Shown here: one piece after another, positions 51,406 to 64,000 of the stretch
Layout of the letters: the number at the start of each line of letters is the position of its first letter
Numbering within the stretch: the first letter of the stretch is position 1
DNA from: Octopus sinensis
Taxonomy: Eukaryota
Direction: 5' to 3'
Length of the DNA: 64,000 nt
NCBI RefSeq assembly: GCF_006345805.1
Contig: NC_043002.1
Location: 59,272,001 to 59,336,000 of the forward strand
Notes under the pieces: model-generated
Database searches by the model: none
Told to the model about the DNA's origin: nothing
What the model saw: the letters and a program-made list of their open reading frames with translations, nothing else
Position numbers and translations under genes: made by a program

Positions 51406-54087
51406 TGATTACTATTTTATACTGATGGACCCCCATAACCATTCGATGTTTGAAAACTAGTTTTATAGAAACCACTTTCAACATTCCCATTTTGTTTTTC
51501 ATCCATTAACTTGTGTAGGTTAAACTATGTAAAACGCTAGAGAAAGAAACTAGCGGTTTCTTGTATTACATACCAATACAAACAACTAAGATTTTTTCAG
51601 GGGCCCTTTTATTATTTCCTTGCATGGACCCCCGCCCAAATCTTATATGGATCATCAGGACCATATGGACGCCAGTTGAGAACCATTGGTCTAGGCTGCA
51701 GAGATCCTGAGATCCTGGAAGCTTCCGCACTTGTTGACTGTATTCAAATATAGATGAGCAATATTTCGTTCACTAATTTATGTATGACGTCCTCTATATA
51801 CAATGCTCAAACGGATATAAACTTAGTTTTTTTTCGTGATACTCTGTGTATAATTTAATGTAAGAAATCTATAAAAAATATGCGATCGATATATTTTTAT
51901 ACAATTTTATATAGTTTGTATTTTCTTTGGTACTGGCCGTTGTATTTCATAGCTCTTTCCTTTGAACTACGCTGTGATTTCTATCTACTAATGCATACTT
52001 AAAACCTGATTGATTCAACAAATTTTTGTGTTAAGTAAACTTTGCTTTGTGAATAATAATAAGAATGGTTTTGTGCTGCGAGGTTTATGAACGGAGGTCA
52101 CAGAGACGCTATGTTTGTTATGAGGTAATAGCTTCACTGGGAGTCATGTAGTTAGAGAGTTGTGGTGTTGATGGTGTTGGTGTTGATGCACAAATGTGAA
52201 ACACAGTCAATGTATTGAGGTAGGAGGGATGTCGTGAGACATATCAGTTTCTAGACACTACCGTCTTAGGTCCTAGGCCTCACAAGACCGGCTACTCGGT
52301 TTCAATGGCGTATAATTGACCACGATCACAATATTCCAACTACGCCTGAATGGGACGCCGATTCGTTACAGGGTTATTCATTACGGCAATGGGGATTGGA
52401 GCGACGTCAAATAAAGTTTGCAGGTTAAGAAAAAATTTCGTTTATTGAATGAAATGCTCAAGAAATAAATGAACACTTCTTTCCTAGTCTGGGAATCGAA
52501 ACCACAATCTTGCGATCATGAGAACATCACACTACATCTAGGCCATGTGAAGCGCCACGGTGATGATAACCCACACTTGAGATTTAGTATTAAAATCAAC
52601 ATGAAACGGTACAAACCCGCCGTGATTATAACATTAATCCTTCAGCATTTAACTCGGCCACATGGGGTCAGATCCGGTCAAAATATTCCATTTGTGTTAT
52701 GCTCAAACTGGCCAGATCTGGCCTCTTACACCAACCCTCTTACAATCTCAGATTTAACAGTTACCTCATCAAAATCTTAGGGCTACAAAAATTATGCAAG
52801 ATTAGCTGAAATCAATGCGAATAAATAAGCATTAATTTGAAATGCTAAAGGGGCGAGGCTGGGATGGTGGACAATGTGTGATGATAACACAACACAAACA
52901 TTGTATCTCACGGTACATGTAATTTGGGATGTGAGATAGTAACCGTAAACATCTGTGAAGTGACGTAATGGACACTTTAAGAAATAATTGCTGTTATGAG
53001 ACATAACTGATATGACACGGTATAAGGTTCTGTTGTGTCAATGACCGTGATGAGGCGCAATCTTTTTTGAAGATGTTCAATGACCGTCATGAAGCTTAAT
53101 TTGTTGTGATGCAAAATAAGGGTTGTGATGCAAAAAAGTGAACAATGACATACGTACATAATATTATAACAAAAACCACAAAAGCCTTGTGAAATGCAGT
53201 CACCCAGAGTTTCCTGGCCAAAATACTTATTGATTTCGATATTGATTAAGCTGTTAAAAACAACAAGGCGGTTTGGTATCTGCGTTCGATGCAATCGAGT
53301 AAGAGCATTAAGAAAAAAAAAAAAGAAAGAGAGAAACACAGGGGAGGTAATTAACTTCACAGTGAATATATCCAGTGCCTTCCGAATATCAAAATTGCAT
53401 AAACCATCACCGGAAAGGTCTACGATGTGTCCGGTGTTTTATTCCAAATTCCCGCTAAGATGTACCTTTTAGAAACGCATATATATATATATATATATAT
53501 AATATATATATATATATACATAAGTACACACACACACGAACGAATCCATGTAAGCAAAGTGAAATGAATGGAAAAGAGTAAAGGGAGAGATACGAGTTTA
53601 TTTCAGACGTTAGTACTGTATCTGTTATAATAAGTCTGGAGATATGAAAGGAAATTATGTTGTTAATTCTTAATGCCAGTATGAATTCAACTATACAGTT
53701 GCGTTAAAGTGATTTGAAATGCAGAAATTTATTGAATATTTTTCAAAATCTCACCAGAATTTTGCAAGTATTACGTAATTTCATTAAACATGCCGCACAT
53801 TTACAAACTAGAAAAAGGACGGCGTGAGAAGAGAAGCAATTTCCATAAAGTCAATATATATACAATGAAACGTCTGAATCTTAATTATAGAGTGCATGCT
53901 TTGAGGCAAACGATAATTTCAATGCTATTTCTAAGTGTGAATATTCATGACTCTGTTATCATCAGTTTTAACATGTGCGATCTTCATGAAGAGCTTTCAA
54001 AATCTAAAGACGTTTTTGATAGCAAGTGGTGGTACTGGAGTTGGTGCAGGCGCAACTGCCGGTGCTGCAGATTGTAATTATTCTTGC

Positions 54088-54137
<50 letters not shown>

Positions 54138-54462
54138 TATTATTATTATTATTATTACTATTATTATTATTATTATTATTATTATTAGTGATCATAATAT
54201 AACAGCAGACATATACAAGCATGTACATATGTAAGTGTTATGTAATAGGTACATAAGCTCCTTTGTCGTCAACGCTTTCTCCTAACTTGCATACGCACAA
54301 ACACATAAAACACACACACACACTCATGTAAGTAGGCGAGTGTGTTTATATGTATGCATGTATCATATATAGGAGTCTTTCTCTCTCTTTCCCTACCCTT
54401 CTTTCTCTCTTTCTCTCTAAGTATACATGTATTAACTTCTGTACATATATTTATAAGTCTAC

Positions 54463-54552
<90 letters not shown>

Positions 54553-54557
54553 GTCTA

Positions 54558-54595
<38 letters not shown>

Positions 54596-54670
54596 AATCT
54601 ATCTCTATCTACCTATCTATCTATTTATCTATCTACCTAATTATCTACCTATCTTTATACCCATCTACCC

Positions 54671-54739
<69 letters not shown>

Positions 54740-54770
54740 AATATATACATATATACATACACATTTCTCA

Positions 54771-54844
<74 letters not shown>

Positions 54845-55148
54845 GTGTTTGATGGATGTATGCATGCATGTATGTATGTATAATAAGCTCAAGCTCTCGG
54901 CACTTACCAATTTTATGCATCAATTTATAGAGATTAATTAAAGCTAAATACCAAAGCTATTTTTACTTTGTTTTATCACATAAAAGAAATCGTTTCAATA
55001 TTGTTCATCAGCATCTGTTTTATTCCTCTGAATAGACACAAACTCACACATAACATTTAATTTATAATTATAAAGTTATTGCATATTATAAACAATATTT
55101 TATGGCAGTTGAGAAGCATACATACACATACATATATGGATATATGCA

Positions 55149-55190
<42 letters not shown>

Positions 55191-55215
55191 ATAATATATA
55201 TATATTATATATATA

Positions 55216-55258
<43 letters not shown>

Positions 55259-55384
55259 TATATACATACATGGATACATATATATGTTAAAGGATGCTTA
55301 CATCTATGTAATTTGTGAATGCTTACTGACTGAACTACATCTAAAAAGTAGATAATTAAAATTGATTAAAATGCTCAATTAACG

Positions 55385-55451
<67 letters not shown>

Positions 55452-55609
55452 CTTTCTCTCTCCCTATGTATGCATGTATGAATGTACCTATGTATGTATG
55501 TATGTATGTATGTATGTATGTATGTATGTATGTATGTATGTATGTATGTATGTATGTATGTATGTATGTATGTATCTATTTATCTATCTATCTATTTATA
55601 CCTATATAT

Positions 55610-56583
55610 GAGGGATAACAACCGAATGTATGTTTATGATTTATATATAAATCAAGTTAACTGCAGAAAAGAACGGTCTAAAACAAATTGAGAAGCAATG
55701 AAGCCAGAAGTTCCTGCATGGACAGTTTATACTCTGAAGCCGAAATGCCGATCTAGACCAAGCAAGAACTCATCAGTGGCTGAGAAGTTCAGGACTGAAA
55801 TCAGAAACTGAAGGTTTCATATTGGTGGCACCTGATCAAAACTTGCTTACCAAAAACTACCAGGCTAACGTTCTTCAAAACGGTTCTGGCCCTAACCGCA
55901 GATTCTGCGATAAATTTGATGAAATAATAGAACATCGTCTGGGGATATTCTGTGCTGACAACAAACGAATAGAAAAATCGCCACGATTGGGCAGTATTTA
56001 CATTAGAAAATATGTAAACACTACAAAATCAGCAACCTTGCTTACTGATATGTACATCATCCTGCACCAATCGTTGAAGGGAAAAATCCACTATCTTCAG
56101 TGGTTTTCCAGTCAATAGTGTCAGAATGATCCAGGCTAATCTACCAGACATAGTCATTCAAGACGAGGAAATGATACATATAGACTAATAAAATATATCT
56201 GCAAAGGAATTTGAAAAACTTAGTAAATATAAGGACCTGGAAATTGAAATACAAAAGATGTGGCATCTTAAAGCAAAGATTGTCCCTGGTATTGTTGGTG
56301 CCCTAAGTATGATACAATGGATGTCCGAAACATCTAGACAACATCCTAGGAGAACCATGTCTCAGAGAAAGATTGCGCTGACAAGTACTGCCCTCATCTT
56401 TAGAAAAACCTCATCAATTTAAATGTATGTGTTGTATTACATGAATCTATTTCGCTATTACTCCAGCCACTTGCCATCCCCAAGCTTTCAGTCATACAGT
56501 AACATCTCTTATCCTTCACTCGCCCCAGGACTTTGGGTGTGTTCCGGCGAGTGAGTGTAACAAACATGCAGATTAAAAGTAAA
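55610..56583 (+). mobile_element. R4/Dong-like LINE 3' part (zinc-knuckle remnant + restriction-like endonuclease)
   Basis: LHGQF, LKSETEGFILVAPDQ, RFC..EIIEH, ANLPDIV and EKLSKYKDLEIEIQKMWHLKAKIVPGIVGAL. Confidence 0.88.
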
Positions 56584-56607
56584 CAACAACAACAACAACA
56601 ACAACAA

Positions 56608-56824
56608 TTTCTATTATAGGCACAAAGCCTGAAAATTTGGGATGGGGATGACTGGTCGATTACATCGACGCCAGTCCTCAACTGGTATTTAGTTTATGAA
56701 CCCCGAAAAGATGAAAGGCAAAGTCGATCTCGGCTGAATTTGAACAGAGAACGTCTTTAAGACGGACGAAATGCCGCTAAGCATTTTGCTTAATGTGCTA
56801 TCGATTTTGCCCACTCGCCGCCTT

Positions 56825-56825
<1 letters not shown>
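56608..56825 (-). mobile_element. SINE family A between (AAC)n tracts
   Basis: aggcacaaagcctgaaaattt ... gatgaaaggcaaagtcgatctcggc ... actcgccgcctt. Confidence 0.85.
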
Positions 56826-56888
<63 letters not shown>

Positions 56889-56920
56889 CAACAACAATAA
56901 TAATAATAATAATAATAAAT

Positions 56921-57567
<647 letters not shown>

Positions 57568-57689
57568 CCTTTCTACTATAATCACAAGGTACTTAATTTA
57601 TTGACTCCGGAAGGATGAAAGGCAAAGTCGACTTTGACAGAATTTGTGTGTGTATATATACATTTAAATATAGACATACACACACACAT

Positions 57690-58250
57690 ATTTCTGTGTG
57701 AGTTAGAGGTTGAGAAACCAACTAAGGGATAGTGTCTATCCAATATACTGCTGGTAGTGTACCCAGTTATTCATACCCAAGTGCTGGTTATTGCGTCGCA
57801 ATCTCGCAATTCAGTGTTATATATGGGCGGGGGTAAAAAGGGGTTTAACCATGATTTATACAGCAAATAAGAAAGTGGAGAGGATACAAAATCTACAGAT
57901 ATCAGCCGGTAAACATTCCAGCATGTCTATTCATTTTAATGTATTAGATGAATACATACACATGTATAAGTGGTACAAAATATCAAATAGAAAGAGTTGG
58001 TAATTGCAAGAACAAGGGTGTGGAAGCATATAAACATACAGGAACAGGGGATGAATTGAGTAAATGAGCGAATGAGTAAATGAACAAATTGTCAGTAAAA
58101 CCGAATGGGTGTGTAGGTGCTGGTTTCTTACGTCCGTTTCTGCCAAGAGGCAACAAATTCTTCCAGATTATCTCCATCTCTTCAGTGTTATGTAGGGATG
58201 AGCAGGTAAGGCTTGGATAATGAATGTGCCTCTAGGCTTCTTCAGCGGTT
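57690..58250 (-). mobile_element. Possible Penelope-like 3' relic
   Basis: Minus strand gggtacactaccagcagtatattggatag resembles 15118-15150; peptide EEMEIIWKNLLPLGRN resembles a GIY-YIG C-terminus. Confidence 0.35.
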
Positions 58251-58509
58251 CTAACTGGTTGGAAGGGCTAACACATATAACATAAAAAAAACAGTTAATA
58301 ATAGAAACACGCTGTAGCTACGGCTCGTGTTTCATTTTGTGGAGTTTTTAAGGTGGTATTAGTGTCTTTTGGCGTCTATTTCTGGCGCGTGGAGAGGCAT
58401 ATAGCCAATCTCATATAATTAAGTATATGATTATTATAATACTCCCACACATATATTATATATATGTAGGTGCAGTTCAATGAGTGAAACGAGTAAATGA
58501 TAAAAAGAT

Positions 58510-58552
<43 letters not shown>

Positions 58553-58809
58553 GCGCATTTTAGGACACAACATTCCGTCCACCAAATTCCATTCACAATG
58601 TTTGCTCAACCTAGAGCTACCATAAGATACAGTTACTCAATATGTTGTGCTGTGAGTCAGAACTTCCGACCTCGTGGTTACTAGGTGAATGGAAATTTTT
58701 CAGTATATAGTCAGGTCCGCGCCATTGGACATACGTTACAAATGTAAGAACATTTATATGCATAAATATATATATGTATATACATATATATATACATACA
58801 TTTATATAC

Positions 58810-58847
<38 letters not shown>

Positions 58848-60064
58848 CCGTCGGTATGTGTGTGGCTTCGTGTGCATACATAAATGTGTGTGTATATATA
58901 TATATATATATGTTTGCATGTGTGTGTACGTGCGCGTGTGTATCTATCTATCTATCTATTTATATATCATATGTATATATATATATACAAATGTGTGTAT
59001 ATTTCATTATATACATACAAACATGTACATGCACATATATATGTATATGTTTATAGACATATACATGTATATCTATGTATGTGTGTGTATATGTGTGTGT
59101 GTGTACACACATATATATATGTATATATATATTTATATATATTTGTAGGCGCATGAATATATATGTATACACATCCATGCATACATAAATGTATTATCAT
59201 ATATTTACCAGTACACATATATACGTATATATGTATAATCTATATATAAACGTACATATATATATGTGTGTGTGTGTGTGTATGTGTGTGTGTGATATAT
59301 ATATATATATATGTGTGTGTATAGTATATATATGTATATATGCACACGTGCGCACATACACACACGTATGCGACTGCATGCGTGTAAGGGATCGAGCAAA
59401 TGTGTGAGCGCGCGTGTGTGTGTTCGTAATATCATGTTTTTTGTACGCTGATATTACTTGACTCATACACGAACCTACACAGATACACAAACATAGTTGC
59501 ACATATAGACATAGATGCAGATACGCACACATACACACACACATACACACACACAACACACACACACACACACAATATGTACGTGTCTTCCCCTGAAGAA
59601 CTATTATATATCAAGCCCCTATGATTGCTATCTTCGTCATTATGTTTAACCGCTGGCTATACTGTATCAGGAAGATCGTTGTGAAGCCTCCCTTGACACT
59701 TTATGTTTGTCCATATCCGTTCCAAACTTATAAATTTATTCAACTTTTATATCAGCTTCTACACTACGTAGCTTTAGTAAGAGAATCAATGGTTTCGTTT
59801 TTATCTTTTGCTTTTCGTGTTTGTTTCAATTTAAATTCAGAATTTGACCTCTATTTTCTTGCCACGACTGCAGAGAACATAAAATTGCTAAGTAAAGTTT
59901 AGAGGGAAACGAGCCGAAAGGTTAACAGGTTCAAATTTTGTCGACGACGATGACGCCCGTTGATGGTGATAAATTTAGTCACGGGTCGAACTCGATTGCG
60001 TCAATAATGTGACCAAAGGCGTTCCAGCTGTCGTGGCCATTTTGTCTTTAGATATGTACATGTG

Positions 60065-60280
60065 CTGGAAAGCTAGCAAAATCGTTAACACGCCGGAAAA
60101 AAAACTACTTAGCTGCATTTCGTTCGTCTCTACGTTCTGAGTTCGAATTCCGCCGTGGTCGACTTTGCCTTTCATCCTTTTGGGGGTCGATAAAATAAAT
60201 GTCAGTTACGCATTGGGGTTCATGTAATCGAATAGTTTCCTCTCTCAAAATTTCAGGCTCTGTGACTATATTAGAAAAGA
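60065..60280 (+). mobile_element. SINE family A
   Basis: gagttcgaattccgccgtggtcgactttgcctttcatcc. Confidence 0.82.
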
Positions 60281-61135
60281 TATGTTTAGGAAAGAATTTT
60301 ACTGTGGATGGTGGTGTGGTGGTGTGGTAAGAACTTTGCTTCCCGACCATCTGGTTTCAGGTTTATTCCCACTGTGTAGTATCTTGGAAAAGTAACTTCT
60401 TGTATAGACACAAGCAAACCGGAGCTTGGGAGTGGATTTGGTTGATGGAATCTTAAAAAAGGGCCTGTTATAATACATGCATACATACATACATACATAC
60501 ATACATACATACATACATACATACATACACATGCATACATCAAGGAATACTGGTGGAATATTCCCATCAAAACTTTTTTGTCAAATGTAAACATAATAGG
60601 GCGGATATTGTTGTTTGAGACTGAGGAGAAAAGGTATGTGCCATCATAGAGGTCAGCTGCCCTAGAAATAGCAAACATCCCTTAAACACACATTACAAGA
60701 CAGGAAATGAAGGAAGGAAAGGTTGGTCATTCCCCTAAAATTCTGTATAAATTCTTAAATATAATTCTTTCTGTATATATGCTTCTAATTATGATTTTGA
60801 TGAACTTAAAATAATTATGAATTTATTTTACTACCTATTTTGAACACGTTCATGTAAACTGTTTAAACAAAAATCCCCTCTCAAAATTTTCTTATCATTG
60901 TCAAAGATTCTATTTTTTAACATTTTCTTATCATTATCAAAGAGTGTATAACTGTGTTTTAATACAACTATGATTACCATATTTTAAGACAACGAAGTTT
61001 ACACAAAGCTTTACATTTTATTTTTGATAATCTTTTTTAAAAAACTGAAACCGGTGATGAAGTCAATAAACATTTTCAAAAGACCTCTGCATTTTCAAAC
61101 CTCTTCGTTTATATATAATAATATATATATATATA

Positions 61136-61168
<33 letters not shown>

Positions 61169-61189
61169 CATATATATATATATATATAT

Positions 61190-61247
<58 letters not shown>

Positions 61248-61249
61248 GG

Positions 61250-61410
61250 ACAGGCGTGGCTGTGTGGTAAGAAGCTTGCTTCCCAAATACATGTTTTCGA
61301 GTTCAGTAACACTGCGTGGCACCTTGCGCCAGTGTTCTTTACTACAGCGACAGGCCAGTTAAAGCGTTATGAATAGACTTGGTAGACAGAAACTGAGAGA
61401 AGCCTGTCAT
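61250..61410 (+). mobile_element. tRNA-derived SINE family C head
   Basis: ggcgtggctgtgtggtaagaagcttgcttcc; relatives at 60313-60470 (+) and 36950-37090 (-). Confidence 0.7.
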
Positions 61411-61864
61411 ATATATATATATAATATAAATTATATAATATATAATATAATATATATACACACATACTTGCATATATGGATACAGGACGTCACCAACAGT
61501 AAACAACATGAAATACGAAAACAAATGAGCTAAATACGCAAATAAAGGAAGAAAAAGGAAACAAGACAATACACAGAATACAATGAACGACCCTTCATCA
61601 GTTGTCGGCTGTCTATCTACTCCCCATTTCGAGCAATCAACGACAATATGAGTCTTCGAAGACAGTTCCTTCCATAAACCTGCAAAGACATCACAAAAAC
61701 AGTTACTCAGAGTTTCATGTGTCGCACAGTTATGGTTGAAAATGGAACAAAAATAAGGTTGTATGTATAAATATACAATTACTTTGATAGATACACATTT
61801 GAAATTGGTTTTGTTTCATTGGTCCTTTCAACTAACAGTCTTATCAATGAATATATATTATGTG

Positions 61865-62075
61865 TCTATGTTTGTCCCCCAATCACAGACGCTTGACGAA
61901 CGATATTGGTGTGTTTACGCCCTCGAAACTGAGCGCTACGGTAAAAGAGACTAATAAAATATGTACTAGGCTTACAAAAAATAAGTCGTGGGGTCTATTT
62001 CTTCGACTAAAATCCTTTAAGATGGTACTCCAGCATGGCCGCAGTTAAATGACTGAAACAAGCAAAACGGTTAAA
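61865..62075 (+). mobile_element. SINE 3' part with LINE-like tail
   Basis: Ends ccagcatggccgcagttaaatgactgaaacaag; relatives at 33140, 36530, 36775 and 37570. Confidence 0.7.
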
Positions 62076-62184
62076 GAACAGATATATCTGCGTGTGTGTG
62101 TTTGAGTGTGTGTATGTGTTTGTGTATGTGTGTGTGTTTGTGTGTGTGTCTGTTTGTGTGTGTGCTTGTGTTTGTGTGTGTGTT

Positions 62185-62218
<34 letters not shown>

Positions 62219-62373
62219 AAAACTGCATTTGTTTTGGTACATGGATGTTGAATTCAAATACGAAATATAGAAAATAATATGACATCACACACGTATACAC
62301 ACATACACAAGCGGCCACAGACAATCACATATATCTAATCGTAATAGATAGGAACACACACACACGCACACAG

Positions 62374-62412
<39 letters not shown>

Positions 62413-62897
62413 CACGCATAAAACATTACTATTCTCAGAAAACGTACGGGAAAAAAGCAAAAGATTCGCTCTGGAAAAATGATATGAAGAAACATTGGAA
62501 AAGATTGAGAACATGAGAAAGCGAGAGAGAGAGAGAGAGAGAGGAGGAGAGAGAGAGAGAAGGGAGGGAGAGGGAGTGAATGGAAATGACTGAGAGAGGA
62601 AGTTAGAGTATGTATGTGTGTGTAAGCGAGGAATGTAGCTGTGAAGGCAGAAAAAAAATGAAGTTGATAATAATATATCGAGAAAGAGAAAACGTGAAAA
62701 AGTTACATATAATGAATACAATTATAATATAATACCAAACCATCTTACCACAAAGAATGAAAAATACGAACGACAAAGTAAGAAATTAAGAAGAAGAAGA
62801 AAATAAAGTGATGCAGTGTGAAGTTAGGTTCGAATTGTATTTATGTGAAGAATTTCTTGGATACAAGGAACGCACGTGGTGAAATAAAAGAGAGGAG

Positions 62898-62980
<83 letters not shown>

Positions 62981-63404
62981 AACGACTGAGTGAAAGGCAG
63001 ATATTGACTATGATATTAATAAGATTATGTAAAGAGACAAAACCTGTTTAAAATATGATGCGTTATAAGTTTTTATTATAAAATATCTTCATACATCGTC
63101 CTTAACTTCACCGAGTTAAAAAAAAATTGATATAAAAAATTGAGATTTTGAGGATAAAGTGAAGGCAGTATACTCCGGTATGTTTTCAAACCTGCTGGGT
63201 TGATCCAGTAAAAAAGAAGAAATATTAAACTGAGTTTAAATTGTTTTTGAAGAACAAGATTCGTAGATTTTTTTTTATTATATTCTGTAAATTCAAAGAG
63301 AAAAGATGGCGTCGTTATAAAATTCTGTGGAAACAAATTAGTTAACCAACAGATTTGGAAAGCTACACTTTATTCATTTATCATCCAGATTGTTACATGC
63401 CCTA

Positions 63405-63863
63405 TATATTTGTTTCAAATTTTGACACAAAGCCAGCAACTCCGGGGGAGGAGGTAAGTCGAATACATCGACCCCCAATTTCCAGCTGGTACTTATTTTA
63501 TCGACCCAGAAAGGATGAAAGGCAAATTCAGCTTCGGCGGCATTTGAACTCAGGATGTAAAGACGAACGAAATGCCACAAACATTTTTTCCGGGGTGCTA
63601 ATGGTTCAGCCAGCTCTCCGCCTTNNNNNNNNNNNNNNNNNNNNNNNNNNNNNNNNNNNNNNNNNNNNNNNNNNNNNNNNNNNNNNNNNNNNNNNNNNNN
63701 NNNNNNNNNNNNNNNNNNNNNNNNACTGGTACTTATTTAATCGACGCCGAAAGGATGAAAGGCAAAGTCGACCTCGGCGGAATTTGAACTCAGAACGTAA
63801 CGGCAGACGAAATACGGCTACGCATTTCGCCTAGGGTGCTAAAGTTTCTGCCAGCTCGCTGCC
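63405..63863 (-). mobile_element. Two SINE family A copies either side of a gap
   Basis: Family core present on both sides of the N run. Confidence 0.8.
63625..63724. other. Assembly gap (100 N)
   Basis: N run. Confidence 1.
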
Positions 63864-63886
63864 TACTACTACTACTACTACTACTA

Positions 63887-63969
<83 letters not shown>

Positions 63970-64000
63970 ATAATAATAATAATAATAATAATAACAATAA

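Noticed and set aside
53790-54077. 95 aa ORF in apparently unique sequence
   Set aside because: No recognisable domain or splice support, and it ends in low-complexity sequence.
61480-61760. Minus-strand ctgatgaagggtc motif
   Set aside because: No matching stem II partner or GAAA downstream.

Overview
AT-rich, repeat-saturated eukaryotic DNA, probably a cephalopod (Octopus-like), inferred from the SINE families and the (TA)n/(CA)n/(ATCT)n/(AAT)n load. No host protein-coding gene can be supported; most ORFs in the track are microsatellite translations or antisense to transposons. The window holds CR1/Jockey-group LINEs, R4/Dong-like LINEs next to (TAA)n tracts, an RTE fragment, a Penelope-like element (RT + GIY-YIG), at least six Tc1/mariner relics, MITEs, many SINEs, a 5S rRNA pseudogene and two 100-N gaps. 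The main finding is a 2.9 kb array at 11775-14700: five full ~467 bp units, a partial sixth and an inverted copy. Each full unit carries a type I hammerhead ribozyme motif with a palindromic stem III, which is a retrozyme-like or Penelope pLTR-like layout. The array sits in a (TA)n tract that appears to split a second hammerhead. Further hammerhead relics occur elsewhere, and a 5S head fused to a 560 bp (AAT)-tailed repeat may be a SINE3-like chimera. All folding and alignment was done by eye.
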